Shown one piece after another: positions 35,900 through 49,769 of a stretch of 64,000 nucleotides of DNA (positions are counted from its first letter, which is position 1; every line of letters begins with the position of its first letter). The position numbers were made by a program, and so were the translations under genes. The notes under the pieces were generated by a model that was not told where the DNA came from, made no database searches, and saw only the letters and a program-made list of their open reading frames with translations. This DNA is from Convolutriloba macropyga (Eukaryota): contig NC_134478.1 of assembly GCF_964194025.1 (NCBI RefSeq), positions 8,866,001 through 8,930,000 of the forward strand, in the 5' to 3' direction.

Positions 35900-38800
35900 T
35901 CACTATTCTCAGCAGTCATCTTAGCCACTAGTCTAATGTGTATGCAGCTAGAAGATTTAGTAATTTAGATGATCAAGAGTGCTTTTGCAAGAATTGAGTG
36001 CACTGTCGTTTCCTCTATATCAGCTCCGATACAGACAGTATGCTGTGTTTGATTGCCCTTTGAATATACCCGTCAGCCAGTTTAATCTGCATTTCCCTGG
36101 CTGACTTCAAGTTTGCCTCTTCGTGGAGTTTTTGAGTCTGGTACCATCTTGGTTTTCGGAAGCAAATTCGAAGGGATCGGTTTTGAACGTTTTGTATTTT
36201 ATTGACAAGCGCATGGGATTGATCCAGCCAGCAAGAATTTGAGCACAGAAATAGTGGTCTGATCCAAGGTTTGTAAACCAAAATTAGGCTTTCTTCGTTA
36301 ACGTTTAGGTTACTAAACTTCCAGAGTTGAAATAGCCTGCTGTTCGCTCTTCGTATTGAATCTTTGCTTTGCAATGTTCATTCCACTTGAGGTGTGGAGT
36401 AAGAATTATACCCAACAATTTTATCGATTGTGTCTTCTGAATGGATATCCCTTTTATAATGAGCTCTAGAGAAGATTCTTTCTTTGAGGTGTTTTCAAAG
36501 ATCGGGCAATGAGTTTTATTTGGTTTAGTTTTGATTTTCAATGAGTCGCACCAATTGATTAGACTATTCAGTGATGATTGGAGACATTTTTGGATTAATT
36601 TGGGGGATCGTGACCTATAGTAGAGGGCAAAGTTGTCAGCGAACTGTGAGATCTGGGTTCTTATTTTTGGCAAACTACTGACGAAAATGAGAAAAAGAAT
36701 GGGAGCAATTACGCTCCCCTGAAGTACTCCAGCTGTTGGGCCGAAACTATAACTGACTGTGCAGTTTATCTTCACAAACACATTCCTTTGCGATAAGAAT
36801 GAATTTATCCACCTTATGGCTGAATTGTTTAGCCCTATCGAGTTTAATTTGTGCACGAGTCCTAGGCGCTATACAGCATCGAACGCTTTTTCGATATCCA
36901 ACCATACGAAACCAAACATTTCTGACCTTTGAAGGGCTTCACTGACGTGCTGATTGAGTTTAATGAGGTTGTCTGTGGTGCAGCGGTGTTTCTGTAAGCA
37001 CTCTGAGTCTCGCCGCATATATTTTATCTTTCAAAATATTCTATAACGATATTTTTCACAACCGTTTCACATATTTTGGCTATGCAATTTGTAAGACTAA
37101 TGGGTCGGTAGTTTTCAGCCTTCGATTGGTCTTTGTTTTGTTTTGGTATCATTTTATCTGGGACTCTTTCCAGTTAACTGGAACGAACGAGTTGTTTATC
37201 GAGCTAGATATGAGGAGACAGGCAACGGCTTTAACATTCTTGGGTAGTTCATCAAGGATTTTGTAGCAGATTTTGTCCAGCCCAGGGCATGTTTTCTCGT
37301 CTCTTTCAAGATTTCATCAATTTTTTTGTTGTAACCACAATGTCAAGTAGTTCATTATCTTCATTTGTATTTATTATTGCTTCTGTTTCTTTTTCAATTT
37401 TGTCGCAGAGTTCAAAAATTATTGATGAATCCGTTTCGTGATTTCTCATTGTGTCCTTTAGCAGCTGTTTGAACATTTCACTTTTCTCCTTGTCGATGAC
37501 CGCCACGCAACTTTTTTAGAATAATTTTGGGTATTCTGCTGTTTTTTGTTTGGGCGCGTTTTTATTAGTTAGTTCTTTTATTGCTTTCCAGAAGCCTTTG
37601 CTACCCTTATCACAAGCCTTTGCTCTTTTTCTGTTTTCTGATCGCATCACTGATCGTTTAATTTCTTTCTGTAGGTAATTTATCTCCGTTCCTAAAGAGA
37701 TAAAGTGATCGCCAACGGCTATTTTGAGCACTCTTCGCCTTTTTTCCTCATTTTTAGCAATTTTTGCGTCTCAACGCTGTAGGGGAACTCTTCATTTTTT
37801 TGGATACTTCACAGGCCAGAGATTTGATGATCTGTGTAATTTTCTTGCATGTTCTCTAAACTTTGTGTAGTTGATTTTTGTTTTTAGTTGAAAAACTTCA
37901 CCTTTTTTCAGTTCAAGGGTCGTAATTGTAACTTTGTGATCGCTGCCTAAATCTCCTGATACTTTAAAGTCGTTAAAATGCGCAAAAAGTGAATTATCGC
38001 AAAAGTGTCGTTCTAAAATATTTTTGCATTTTCAGTCAAACGACTGATTGGTGTGATAACCGCTGTTCAGCAATTTAAAAGTGCCCTCGTTAATAATATT
38101 TAGTAGCTGCTCCCCATTTTCAAAATTGCAGGATCAGTTTAGTTCACGATGGGGAGCTTTGAAGTCGCCACACACGAAGACTTTTTTTTTCAACTTTCCT
38201 GAAAATGTTTTATCGGTCGAAAGCGGCCTTCCAGGGAAATTGTAAGCAGTTATCATCCAAAAATTATCGAAAGAGGGCAACTTAAGGCAAATTTTAAGTG
38301 TTTATAGTGTTCTTCCATTGCTATCAGTTTCTTTTTCTACTGGTTCTATTTGCTTGATAACAATGCTGTTCTACACTAAGACAGCAGAGCCATGATGACC
38401 GTTGCTGAAGGTTTCCGCTGCAACGATGTAAATGTCGAGGGAGGTTGTTTTTTTCCAGTTCTTAACTTCATTCAAACAAATTACATCTACTTCTTCTTCT
38501 GTTGAAAACAAAATCAGATCACTTGTTTCGTTGTTCAGGCCACGACAGTTCCCTTGCAAAATTTTGAGCTTATCCATTTTGCGAAATGTTTTGGCTGTTT
38601 GGTAAATTGTTTGTTTGAATTGAAATAAAAGGAGCTGTGTTTGCGCTTTTTATGCTGTCATGTATTCTCTGACCATCAATGTTTTGATTGCAGATACGTG
38701 AGGCGCTGTTAGAGACAATATTTATTATGTCGCTGTTTCTTGCTCAAAACATCAGCAACTAGAACAGCATCTTTTTCAATTGATGGCGTTACACCAGTCT

Positions 38801-39952
38801 TTGCTTGAGAATTCAGTTTATTAGCTACGGCTGAGAATTTGTTCTCATTTATCTTTTTTGAGGCCTCTGCTAACTAATGCTGATATGCTGGACAGCCTCG
38901 ATAAACTGTCGCATGAGCACCGCCACAGTTTGAGCATTTGGCACTATAATCTTGCGAGCAGCGAAGATATCGAATTGCATTAGTGCAATCATTTGCTGAG
39001 TGGCCAAATTTTTGACATTTGAAACATTGCATAACATGTGGTAGTTCTCGGATTGCTTCACTACGGTATAGCTGCCAGCCTATCTTGACGCCATGTTGAC
39101 GAGCTGCGTTGCCTATCTTGACGCCGAGCTGCGTTGACTTGATTGTTTGATTCCGTAATCACGCGTAGTAATTTTTTTGGTTGGCCCGTTGCTCGACTTG
39201 TTATTAGTGAAACTTTGGTGACGTTCATTGCGTTGTTAGTTAAAAGTTATTCTATTACCTCATCTTCGGTAATGCTGTGATGAACGTTTACAATGACGAA
39301 ACTTGGTTTAGTTTTAGGCTTAGGAAGTGTATTCCTGGCATTCAATTTGGCATTTGGAAAGGCCTGATTTACGTTTAGTGACAGCATCAAGCATTCTCTT
39401 GAATTGAGGTCCTCTGGCTGAATAAAGAAGTCGGTATTGTTCTTCAGTTCTCTTATTTGCATAATTTTGACGGCTGGAAGCCTTGACCTGATTGCTTTTG
39501 CAAACTGAATGTGTGATGGTCTAAGATCAATTGAAACAATCATCGGTCTTACATTGTTGATTGGAGTTGGCACTTTTCTGAAACGTTTTCTTTTATTCCT
39601 TAATTCAGTAAAACTGCTTTCATCTTGTGTTGATTCTTCGGCTGTCTTTCTAGCCTCAGATAAAAGTCTGTCAATTTGGCTCATGTTGAGAATCAGCCTC
39701 AATGAGGCTCTGAGTTAAAAGAGAGAGCAACTTAAAGGAGCTACTTACAAAGATAAAGCTAAGAAAGAAGGGGATTTAAAAGATCTTTTGAAAAGCGAAA
39801 TTTAAAAGAAAAAGGTAATTGAAAAAGTTTTTAAATCTTAAGCAACTTTCAGTGAAAAATCTCTTTTTATAAAAGACTCACTCCCAAAGGACGTTCCGGC
39901 ACAAAGTGGAGTACTTGCTTGTGGCTTTCCTATCACACTTTGAGGCACTGAT
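35900..39952 (-). mobile_element. Decayed near full-length non-LTR retrotransposon (Jockey/I-like): ORF1 with CCHC knuckles, ORF2 APE endonuclease plus RT
   Basis: ORF1 (~39684-38570) has QCFKCQKFGHSANDC and KCSNCGGAHATVYRGCPAY. ORF2 from ATG 38577 has ILQGNCRGL, VICLNE, YRPISLTNCIAKICE, LDIEKAFDAV, GVLQGSVIAPILF and QFADN. Many frameshifts. ATCAGT Inr-like motif at the putative 5' end. The 3' end is approximate. Confidence 0.92.
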
Positions 39953-40304
39953 CCGAAAGTGATATTAAAAGCTTCTTAATCATCATGGACAAATTAAGAT
40001 AAGAGGAAATTTTGAATAACTACAGACCTCGACGTTTCTTATGAAAAGCTGTCTAAGTTCATCCACTGAGACCGACATATGCACAATTGGTATACTAAAA
40101 AAATTTTTCTCAAAAAATTAAGTTTTACTTTCTTTCACTAGCAATACCTTAATTTGGCTTTTCCTTAGATCAATTTAATACTGCAAACAATAATTTTTAT
40201 GAAATGAGTATATTATAGCAATTTTAAAAAGATTCGTTAATACTGAAAAGCATTCACTGATCCGATTAATTTGAGCACAATTGATCTGATCAGAGAGTAT
40301 TTCG

Positions 40305-42106
40305 AGTGCACAATAGTCTGACCAGGAATGATTTTCGAGCGCAAAACAGTCTGATCAGAAGTAATTTAGAAAAAAAGAAACACTTTAATTCTCTTGACTA
40401 AAGGAAAACACATTCAAATTACGCAAATCAGAAATTTGTATTACTGTAAATTGTACAGGCAACTTTTATTTATGTTTATAACAGTAAACATACTATTTTG
40501 AACCAACAATATTTATTGTAGTTCAAAATTTTGATAATTGATTAGACACCGAAATCCAATAGGGTGGTCTATTGTCTCAAGGTGTGATCCCAGCAAAACA
40601 AGTGCTATTGAATTCGAAACTTTGCAATACTGATTGCTTGAGAAATGAGAAAAGTGTTGTCTTAATATGTATTTTTCAATTTTATAAACAATCAATTTAC
40701 TTTTTAAACTTTTTTTCTGTTCTTTGTTTTTTATTGAGTCTGGTAAACGATTCTAATCCTTGATTGCTTTACAAGTAAAACTGTTTTTAAATTTTTGGCC
40801 TTTGAGCTTACAGTTGCAGAAAAGGTTTGATTTTTGGCGTGTTTCTACTATTGACCAAGTAAGAAGCGATTGACCCATTTTTGAGAAAGCAGGTAGATGG
40901 CCCGATTTAATTTTCCAAAAAAATAATAATCTTTCAGTTTCAAGGAAAAGTCTAATAGGTAAAATATTATGTCCTAATCTCAATTTTTTTGTTGACTCAA
41001 ATTTTGGCTGATAAAATGAAGATTTCAAAGCTCAGTTGATTTTTTTTTCTGAAGACACTAAAAGATTTTTCCAAATGGTTGAATGATTACGGCAGAGTAA
41101 CGAAGGTGAATCAAAATAAGAGCATTCAAGATTAGTTTTCATGATGATCTTGGTAGAAATGATTTTTTATCCAAAAGCCATTTTTTACAACAACAATTTG
41201 ACCACGCACTGGAATCTTAATTTAATGTCTATGTGAACACCTAATTGTTTGAGTTTTTGCTTTTCCTCAACGAGAGCGCCATCTGTTTTCAAAATTCTTT
41301 CTGATTTTTTCTTACGATTTTGCTAAAATTTTAAACTCAGTTTCGTTTATACTCAGTTGACGTTCTTGAAAAAACTGTTTATTTTCACAGCACATGAGAA
41401 CTAGTATTTGCTTTTTTCAATAGAATGGCCAGATGTGAAAATAACATTGTCCTCTGCATATTGAATTAGCTCTGTTTGCTGTCTACTTGTTCATGCGTAT
41501 CTTTGAGATAAATATTGAACAAAAAGAGGTCTTAAAACATTGCCCTGAGGAAAAAATCCTTCACAATCAAAACTGTGTAAAAATATCATTTATTATCACT
41601 GGCTGTACTCGATCCGATAGAAAACTACCAATAAATTGCAGTGCAGATTTGTTGAAGCCCATATTATCAGCTTGATGCTTAGTTTTTCAAGGTTATTATA
41701 GACAAAAGCTTTAGAGAGATGAAAGAATGCTGCTGTTACAGTTTTGTTTCCATCTGTTTCTTTTCTGATGAACTCTGTTGCGTACATTAATGCATCTTAT
41801 GTAGATCCTTTTTCTTGAAACTGTATTGATTTCTATTGAAAATGCGATTAAATTTCAGATAATCGTTGATTTGATTTCTCATAAGGGTTTCAATTACTTC
41901 TGGGAGAGAGGAAGTAATCGATACTGAGCTGCAATTTTTCGGTTTTTCAAGGTCACCTTTGTTGAAAAACGGTATTATATGGGCTTTTTAGGCATTTGAG
42001 AAGTTAAGATTCATTTTGGCAGTTGTTCACAATGTAGGAGGTTTAAATTTACCAAGTAATGTTTCTGCATTACAGCATTCTTTTTCGTTGACAATTCTAA
42101 ACGAAA
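40305..42106 (-). mobile_element. Old tandem duplicate of the 3' ~1.8 kb of the CR1-like element plus its flank
   Basis: 40305-42106 aligns to 42107-44000, including non-LINE TCTGATCAG flank. RT remnant FHLSKAF is present. Confidence 0.85.
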
Positions 42107-42299
42107 GCGCGCAATAGTCTGATCAGGAATGATTCTCGAGCGCATAAGGGTCTGATTAGGAATATTTTTCTTAAAAAAGAAAAACTTTAATTCTGACCAG
42201 TATAGGAAAACACATTCAAATTACGCAAATCAGAACTGTATATTACCGTAATTTATACATGGAACAAATATTTATGTTTATGAAGGTCAATTTAAAATT

Positions 42300-45160
42300 T
42301 TGAACCAACAATATTTTTGTAATACAAAATTTTAATAACAGATTCGACCCAAAAATCTAATAGGGTGATCTATTGTTTCAAGGTTTGATCCCAGCAAAAC
42401 AAGTGCTATTGATTTCAAAACTATGCCAAGACGGATTAGTTAATGAGTAAATAACCGGAAAAAGTGTGGTCTTATTTTGTGTTTTTCAAAATGATAAACA
42501 ATCAATTTTTTTTGTAAAATTTGGTTTCTGTTCTCTGTTTTTTATTGAGTCTGGTAAACCATTCCAATCCTTGATTGTTTTACAAGTAAAACAGTTTTGA
42601 AATTTTTGGCCTTTGAGCTTACAGTTGCAGAAAAGATTTTCTTTTCGTCGTTATTGTACTATTGACCAAGTAGGAAGAAATTCACCCAGCTTTGGGAGGA
42701 AAAGAGGTAGCTCATCCGATTTAATTTTTCAAATCATAATAATCTATTGGTTCCAATTAAAAATTTTAATGTTAAAATGTTATGTTATAATCTCAATTCT
42801 TTGGTTGATTCAAAGTTCGGCTGATAAAAAGAAGTTTCCAAAGCCCAGTTGATTTGTTTTTCAAAAGGCACTGAAAAATTTTTCCAATCAGTTGAATGAC
42901 TAAGGCAGTGTAACGAAGAAGGATGAAAACAAGAGCATTCAATATTAATTTCAATTAAGATCTTGGTAAAGATAATGTTTATTCCAAACGCCATTTTATT
43001 CAACAAAAATTTGACTACGCAGTGGAATGTTAATCTAATGTCTTTATGAACATCTAAGTACTTGATTTTTTGTTTTTCCTCAACCAGAGCGCCATTTGTT
43101 TTTCGAAATTCTTTCTGATTTTTTCTTACGATTTTGCTAAAAATTTTAAACTCAGTTTCGTTTAAACTCAGTTGATGTTCTTGAAATAATTGGTTATTCT
43201 CATAGCACACGAGAGCCGGTATTTGCTTTTTTCAATAGAATGGCCAGATGTGAAAATAACATTGTCCTCTGCATATTCATTAGCTCTTTTTTTGTTGTCT
43301 ACTTGTTCATGGATATCATTGACATAAAGTTTGGTCAACAAAAGGTCTTAAAACAGTGCCCTGAGAAACAAAACTTTCAAAATTCAAACTGTCTAATAAA
43401 ATAACATTTAATACCACTGGCTGTACTTGATCCAATAAAAAACTACCAATAATTATCAGTGCAGATATGTTAAAGCCCAGATTATCAAGCTTGATGTTTA
43501 TTGTTTCATCGTTAATTGAGACATAATCTTTGGAGATCAAGGATTGGTACTGTTACAAATTTGTTTCCTTCTGTTTTTTTCTGATGAACTCTGTTGCGTA
43601 CTTTATTGAATCTAATGTCGATCGTTTTCGTTTTTTTAAATATTTTCATTTCTATTGAAAATGCGACTAACTTTCAATTAACCATTGATTTGATTTTCCA
43701 TAAGGGTTTCAATTACTTCGGAGAGAGAGAGAGAGAGGAAGTAATTGATACTGGTCTGCAATTATTCGGTTTTTCAAGGTCACCTTTATTGAAAAACGGT
43801 ATTATATGGGCTATTTTAGGCATTCGGGAAAGTTAGATTCCTTTATCAGTTGTTCACAAGTTAGCTTAGATAATGAGTAACAATATCACTCGCATCTTTA
43901 AGAGCCCATTTGTGAATAGGAGATAAAACGAGAGGTTTATTTTTACCAAGTGATTTATTGCATCAAAGCATTCTTTGTCGGTGACAAATCTAAACGAAAA
44001 CGGTCTTCAAGTATAGCGTATTTGCTTTGGAAGAAAGTTCACCTTGTATTAGAAACCTCTAGTTCAAAAGTTTGGAAAGTTTTGTAGGGTCTTCGACATA
44101 ATCGTTGAATACAATTTTTCAGCATGTTTTGTTCGGCTGTGTTTTTTTTCGAGTTTCTGATCTCGTTACAAAGCAACCATTCTTTCCTGTCGCTTTCAGT
44201 GGCTTCTTTTAACTTTTGATAAGTTTGAAGAATTTGAATTTTCTTAACAAAATAGAAAAATATTTGAGTTTCTGACCGTTCTTGAAATTAATCTTCAGCT
44301 GTGCTGTGGTATTAGATATCCACTATTCTGATAGAAAAAATATGTTTTTCTCATTTTTTATAAAACAATTTTTTATCGGAGCGTGTTTATCTTGTGCTTG
44401 AACAATTGCATTAGTAAAGCGATCAAACCTTTCATCAAAATCGGAAGTTTGATATAATTTATCTCAATTTCATGAATAAAAAGTTTGTCTAAACTGTTCT
44501 GCCTTATAATCGTTTTCACCTAAGAACGTTTTTATTGGGCTCTGCTGTTTGGTAGTCTTTTTGTATTTTGAAAAAACTAATGTATCAAAATGGTCACTTT
44601 TAATAGCATTGTCAAAATCTAGAGTACTGTTCACCATAAAAATGTCTGGAACCATATAATCAATAAGACTTCTGGTAATTTTTTACTGATACGATTTGGA
44701 GTTTCTTTGTTCTGAACTTCTAAACTATAGGATGTTAAAATGGTCTCTAAACTTTGTTTTTCGACATCTTTAAAATAGCTGATATTATAGTCACCCACTA
44801 AAACAGATGACTCGTTTCTTGAAACAACGTTATCAATATTTAAAGCAAGCTCATCCAAAAACTGCATGCTTTGTTGTTTCTTTGGCAGTACGTCAAGTTA
44901 AATAGCAGGTTCTGTTTGTGAGATAAATTAAGCCTAATCCAAAAGCTTTCAAATTGTTTAGAGAGTCTGTCTAAATCGTTTCGTAATTTTGGTGATAAAA
45001 ATTTCGGGGCCACAATCAGTTATTACTTTCCTATCGTATCTAAAGCAGCAGAATTTTTCTTTGTTAGGGTTGCACAACTGTTGCAAATCATGGTTGCATA
45101 ACTGTTGCACAACATGGTCAATTTCAGTGAACAAAGTTTCGCTAAAGCAGTAAATACAAT
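42300..45160 (-). mobile_element. Decayed CR1/L2-like LINE ORF2 (endonuclease plus RT)
   Basis: Fragments CFSETLF, RYDR, VLVGDYN, KSDHF, RPVSITS and VSQGTVLRP occur in colinear order. Confidence 0.85.
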
Positions 45161-45170
45161 TACGACCTAA

Positions 45171-45228
45171 ATCATTATTACGACCCAAGTCATTATTACG
45201 ACCCAAGTCGTTATTACAACTCAAGTCA
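45171..45228 (+). repeat. 18-bp minisatellite (TACGACCCAAGTCATTAT) x ~3.5
   Basis: Direct inspection; it lies at the 5' edge of the CR1-like element. Confidence 0.8.
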
Positions 45229-46022
45229 GACCAGTGGAAAAATTGGTCTTGGGTGGTCTAATCAGAAGTTATTTTGTTCTGGCAGGGTCTGATCAGAGGT
45301 CACCTCCGGATAGCACCTCAACCGGGTAGTTCACTCAACAGAAAACCCTGCAGGGTATCCTACCAATGACTGTAGGAACTGAAATGATTCTTTTGGAGCA
45401 CTTTTACAAAACGCAACTTCAGCAATTTTTACAGGGCTTAAATTTTTAGGTGGAACTCTAAGCTAAATTTTCCAATCTATTTTCCAATCTATTTATATTA
45501 AAAAAATTGGAAACCAGCATTAAAAGTTTGTAGAATTACGAGAAAAGGATAGTACAAACAACTTTCGATCAAATATTATTGTGTACGCATCAAGTGGCCT
45601 ATTTCTCGTGTAAATATACAATGGACTCATGTTGCAAGAATAGAGCCGTAAGCGTGTATGGAAATTAGTTACAGTTAAAAAATATAGTTGAAATCTGCCT
45701 CAAAATTGATTATGTATTCAACTATGTTCTCCGACGCATGTTATAGGCGCGAGTGTGACAACCAATGACAATTCTTCATAACTAAATTCCGCGCCATAAA
45801 TGAATACTTCCCGCGCGTTATTTTTTTCACCGTTTTTCACCGAAGCATCTTATAGCTAATATATAGCCAATTAGCTCCAAGTTTAAGAAAGCATAATTAC
45901 GATTATTTTTCGAAATGTCCTTCTCGATTCTAATTGTGGATTAGGAAGAGGTTTATCAGTTTGGCAATTATCCACAACTGCTCAAAAGCACAATTGGTGT
46001 CCAATAACGACTTATAATTTTT

Positions 46023-46410
46023 GGTGTCCCGTTTTTTCACCCCTATTTATTTAACCCCCTGTCATTTAACCCCGATTCATTCACCCCTCTATCATTTAAC
46101 CCCTCTATCATTTAACCTCTCCATCATTTCACCCCGATTTTAATCTTTTGTAAATTTAAATTAGCAATATAATCATTCGGCCATGCCTCGCGGGCCATAG
46201 TCATGCCTTAGCGGCCCGTGGGACTTGATATGAAACTATCACAACAGAAAATGGGATTAATTTATATATTTAATTATGACAAAATATGCCTATAATGTCG
46301 ACTGCTAATTGGCGGGATGAAAGATACAGGGGTTAAATGATAGAGGGGTTAAAAGATACGGGGTTAAAATATGCGGGGTTAAATGAATCGGGGTGAAAAG
46401 AAGTAGAACC
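46023..46410. mobile_element. Foldback-type MITE with ~15-bp subterminal repeats (ATCATTTAACCCC), 8-bp TSD TAATTTTT
   Basis: Left tandem C-rich repeats are mirrored by right G-rich repeats. GG...CC termini with identical flanks 46015-46022 and 46411-46418. Confidence 0.85.
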
Positions 46411-48778
46411 TAATTTTTGGGCCATAAAGTTTCAGATTAATTACATCCTCAAAAAGGTAGTGTTGGATTGCGTTTATCCATAAATATTAGCTCGCAAATT
46501 AACAAGCTAGAATACTAAGCCTTTTAACAATGTGCAATTAACTTACTTCCACTTCTTGGTAACTCTAACCGATAGTAGAAAATGATTAGGATAAATTGGA
46601 AATGGTGGCGAAATTGTGTCTCTCGTTTACAGAGAACGAGAATTATATTGAAATTTGTCTTTTCAAACATTAGCCACTTAGTGATATCATTTTTCAACGA
46701 GCTTTGTTTTTTTTTCACACGCCTAGTTCTTAACTATCGGTCTAGTGCAATAATTGCACCGAAGATTAGCGGTAATTCGTATTGATTGGCGGTGAATTTT
46801 TTCTGTCCGGTATTGTTGGTAGCGGTGGAATTTAATAATTTAGTTCCTTTCACTTCTTAAACGTTTAATAAACTCTTCAAAGCTACCAAAAAAGCGGAGA
46901 TAAAAAGTTACCGATTTAAAAAAACAAATTCTACACAAGTAAACTGCTAAAAAATTGCGCTAAAGTTGTAAATAATTTTTCGGGTAATGTAAAAAGGTGG
47001 TAAATAATTTTTCGGGTTTCCAATTTTAGAGAAAAAGGAAAATTTTATCGCTCAAAACCGCAATCAGAGTTCATTCGTCACACTCAGCGATAGTATCAGC
47101 TTTTGAAAATTATTAGGGTTAAAAACATAATCATAATCCTAAACAATTGTTCATCTGATTTTGTTCTTTGATATGATGCAATTACCTTTTGGAGAAGCTA
47201 GAAATACAATTACTTCTGCGTCTGGAAAAATTTGAATAGAAATTAATTCGAACGGAGATAGATGTATTGAAAAAGTTTTAGTTTTTGTTTTTTGTTTATC
47301 TGTCGGTTCTTGTTAATGATTTTTGTTTTGAATCGGCTTTTTNNNNNNNNNNNNNNNNNNNNNNNNNNNNNNNNNNNNNNNNNNNNNNNNNNNNNNNNNN
47401 NNNNNNNNNNNNNNNNNNNNNNNNNNNNNNNNNNNNNNNNNNNNNNNNNNNNNNNNNNNNNNNNNNNNNNNNNNNNNNNNNNNNNNNNNNNNNNNNNNNN
47501 NNNNNNNNNNNNNNNNNNNNNNNNNNNNNNNNNNNNNNNNNNGGACGTCAGAGAACGAAACTAATCAGCTTGCTTCACTGACGCCACTGTTGGTGGTTTT
47601 TCAAAAAAGACCCTTGAGTTATTTTTACTTTGGCACGATATGCCTGGGCTACCCTTTGCCCACTGTTATTCCTTGTCAACAACTGAAACTTTCGTGAGAT
47701 TTGCTTCACAAATCTTCTTTTGCTACCGTGAAAGAGTCATCCATTTCCTAACTATTGAATTTCATCTCTATTTAAAACATTATGTTTTGGTTTTCTTAAA
47801 GTTACAGTTTTTAGCACGTGCCTCCTGGTACATATGTTATCTAATATGTTATCTAAGAAGGTATATTTTATTGAGGTATATGTTATATAGGTTATTTCGT
47901 CATTCATACCTGATAGTAAAGAATTTTCTAGACCAGAAAAATTAGATAAATTAGAGAAGGAGAAGAAAAAATTTCTGGTTTTTGATTACTACATTATATC
48001 ACCAAACGAAAAAATGGTTAATGACAAATTTTGTAGAGATGAAGATTGTAATTTTAATATGATATTAAGCAGAAAATTTGAGCAGAAAATTTATTCTTCA
48101 AATAGATAGTATGGTAGTTAAAAATGCAGACGTTGATATAAAAAATACTAAACAATTATTCACAACAAGCTATGAGGCAAGCGGTTCCACTTTTGACCCA
48201 CGTAGGGATGGCTTTGTTGGTAGCAATCAACCAAGTGGCAGTCCCCTAATCCACCTAATCCACCTAATCCACTAATTACTTCATGTAATACATCAGGAGC
48301 TTACGAAAAAAGCAGAGATGAAAAATCAACAATTTTATGCTACTGTTATAATGGAAGCAGATAAGACACATTGAATTGTAGGATGGAACTAAAACAATGT
48401 GCAANNNNNNNNNNNNNNNNNNNNNNNNNNNNNNNNNNNNNNNNNNNNNNNNNNNNNNNNNNNNNNNNNNNNNNNNNNNNNNNNNNNNNNNNNNNNNNNN
48501 NNNNNNNNNNNNNNNNNNNNNNNNNNNNNNNNNNNNNNNNNNNNNNNNNNNNNNNNNNNNNNNNNNNNNNNNNNNNNNNNNNNNNNNNNNNNNNNNNNNN
48601 NNNNNNNNNNNNNNNNNNNNNNNNNNNNNNNNNNNNNNNNNNNNNNNNNNNNNNNNNNNNNNNNNNNNNNNNNNNNNNNNNNNNNNNNNNNNNNNNNNNN
48701 TTGTTTTCAGTACGAAATATTCAAGCTTCGAATAATTATACCAAATTAGAGTATAAAGCGTCGTACTGAACGAATGCT

Positions 48779-49046
48779 AGCATGTGGTATATCTGTATTA
48801 TTTATATTGTATTTGACTCCAGATGAAGTTTTACAATGAATGCTAATGGTACTGAAGCACATTCTCACATAGTTTTGATAATGAGAACTCAACTGAGCCA
48901 TTATTTTGTTTCAAAAAACAAAAAGATAAAAAAAGGTAAATGTAAAGCTAATAGTATAGTGGAATGTGTTTCAGTACCATTAGCATTCATTGTAAAATTC
49001 CATCTGGAGTCAAATGCAATACAAATAATACAGATATACACATGCT
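48779..49046. mobile_element. MITE with ~90-bp inverted arms
   Basis: AGCATGTGGTATATCTGTATTATTT...CACATTC is mirrored at ~48960-49046. TSD is unclear. Confidence 0.8.
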
Positions 49047-49180
49047 TTTAATTTAATTGAGCTACCAGGAGGTTCTACGATTTAAAAAATCCAACTGTTG
49101 TGTTTTATGAAAAGTTAGGTAAAGTTTGAAAGATAACTAATGTTGATGGCGTTAAAGATGAAAATGGAAGACCAGTTGAC

Positions 49181-49332
49181 GGGTCTTTCCCATTTAGCCC
49201 CCCCCCCAGCTTAGCGTTCAGATAACCTATAGCCCCCCATTCATGGTAATTATATCATAATGCCATAATGGGGGCTATATTTTCACGGGGGGGGGCTATA
49301 TTTTAACGGGGAGGCTATAATGGGAAAGACCC
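49181..49332. mobile_element. MITE, TIR GGGTCTTTCCCATT, perfect 8-bp TSD CAGTTGAC
   Basis: Flanks 49173-49180 and 49333-49340 are identical, and the TIRs are perfect. Confidence 0.92.
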
Positions 49333-49769
49333 CAGTTGACTTTATGACTTTAATGGTACCAATAAAGTCAATTAAAGTCATTTTCCTTGCACTACCTATA
49401 ACTTTTAATTTAACTTTCCTTTTCAGTTTAAATTTTACTTTAAGTTCTTAGTTTAGTTTTTACTTTCAGTTTCAATTTCTTTTATACGTTAAATTTGATT
49501 TTAGTTTTTTTTCAAGTTAGCTTTATCACTTTCTAATTTTATTTTTACGCTAACTAATTTTTAATCAAAAAGTGAAATTAAACTTAAATTCAATATTCAA
49601 TCGAACCAAGGATCTACACAAGAAGACAACATATAAGAATAAAGAACAGAAGATAAAAAAGATTTAAACGATATAAGATAAAAATATGAGATAAGATAAT
49701 AACATATAAGAAAAAATACATAAGACAAAAAAGACATATTAGATAACCATGATGAAAAAAATTATGTAA

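Noticed and set aside
47285-48769. ORFs containing X runs (also 22455-22847 and 56373-56795)
   Set aside because: Their length comes from N gaps.
49400-49760. T-rich and ATAAGA-rich stretches
   Set aside because: Degenerate low-complexity microsatellite with no further structure.
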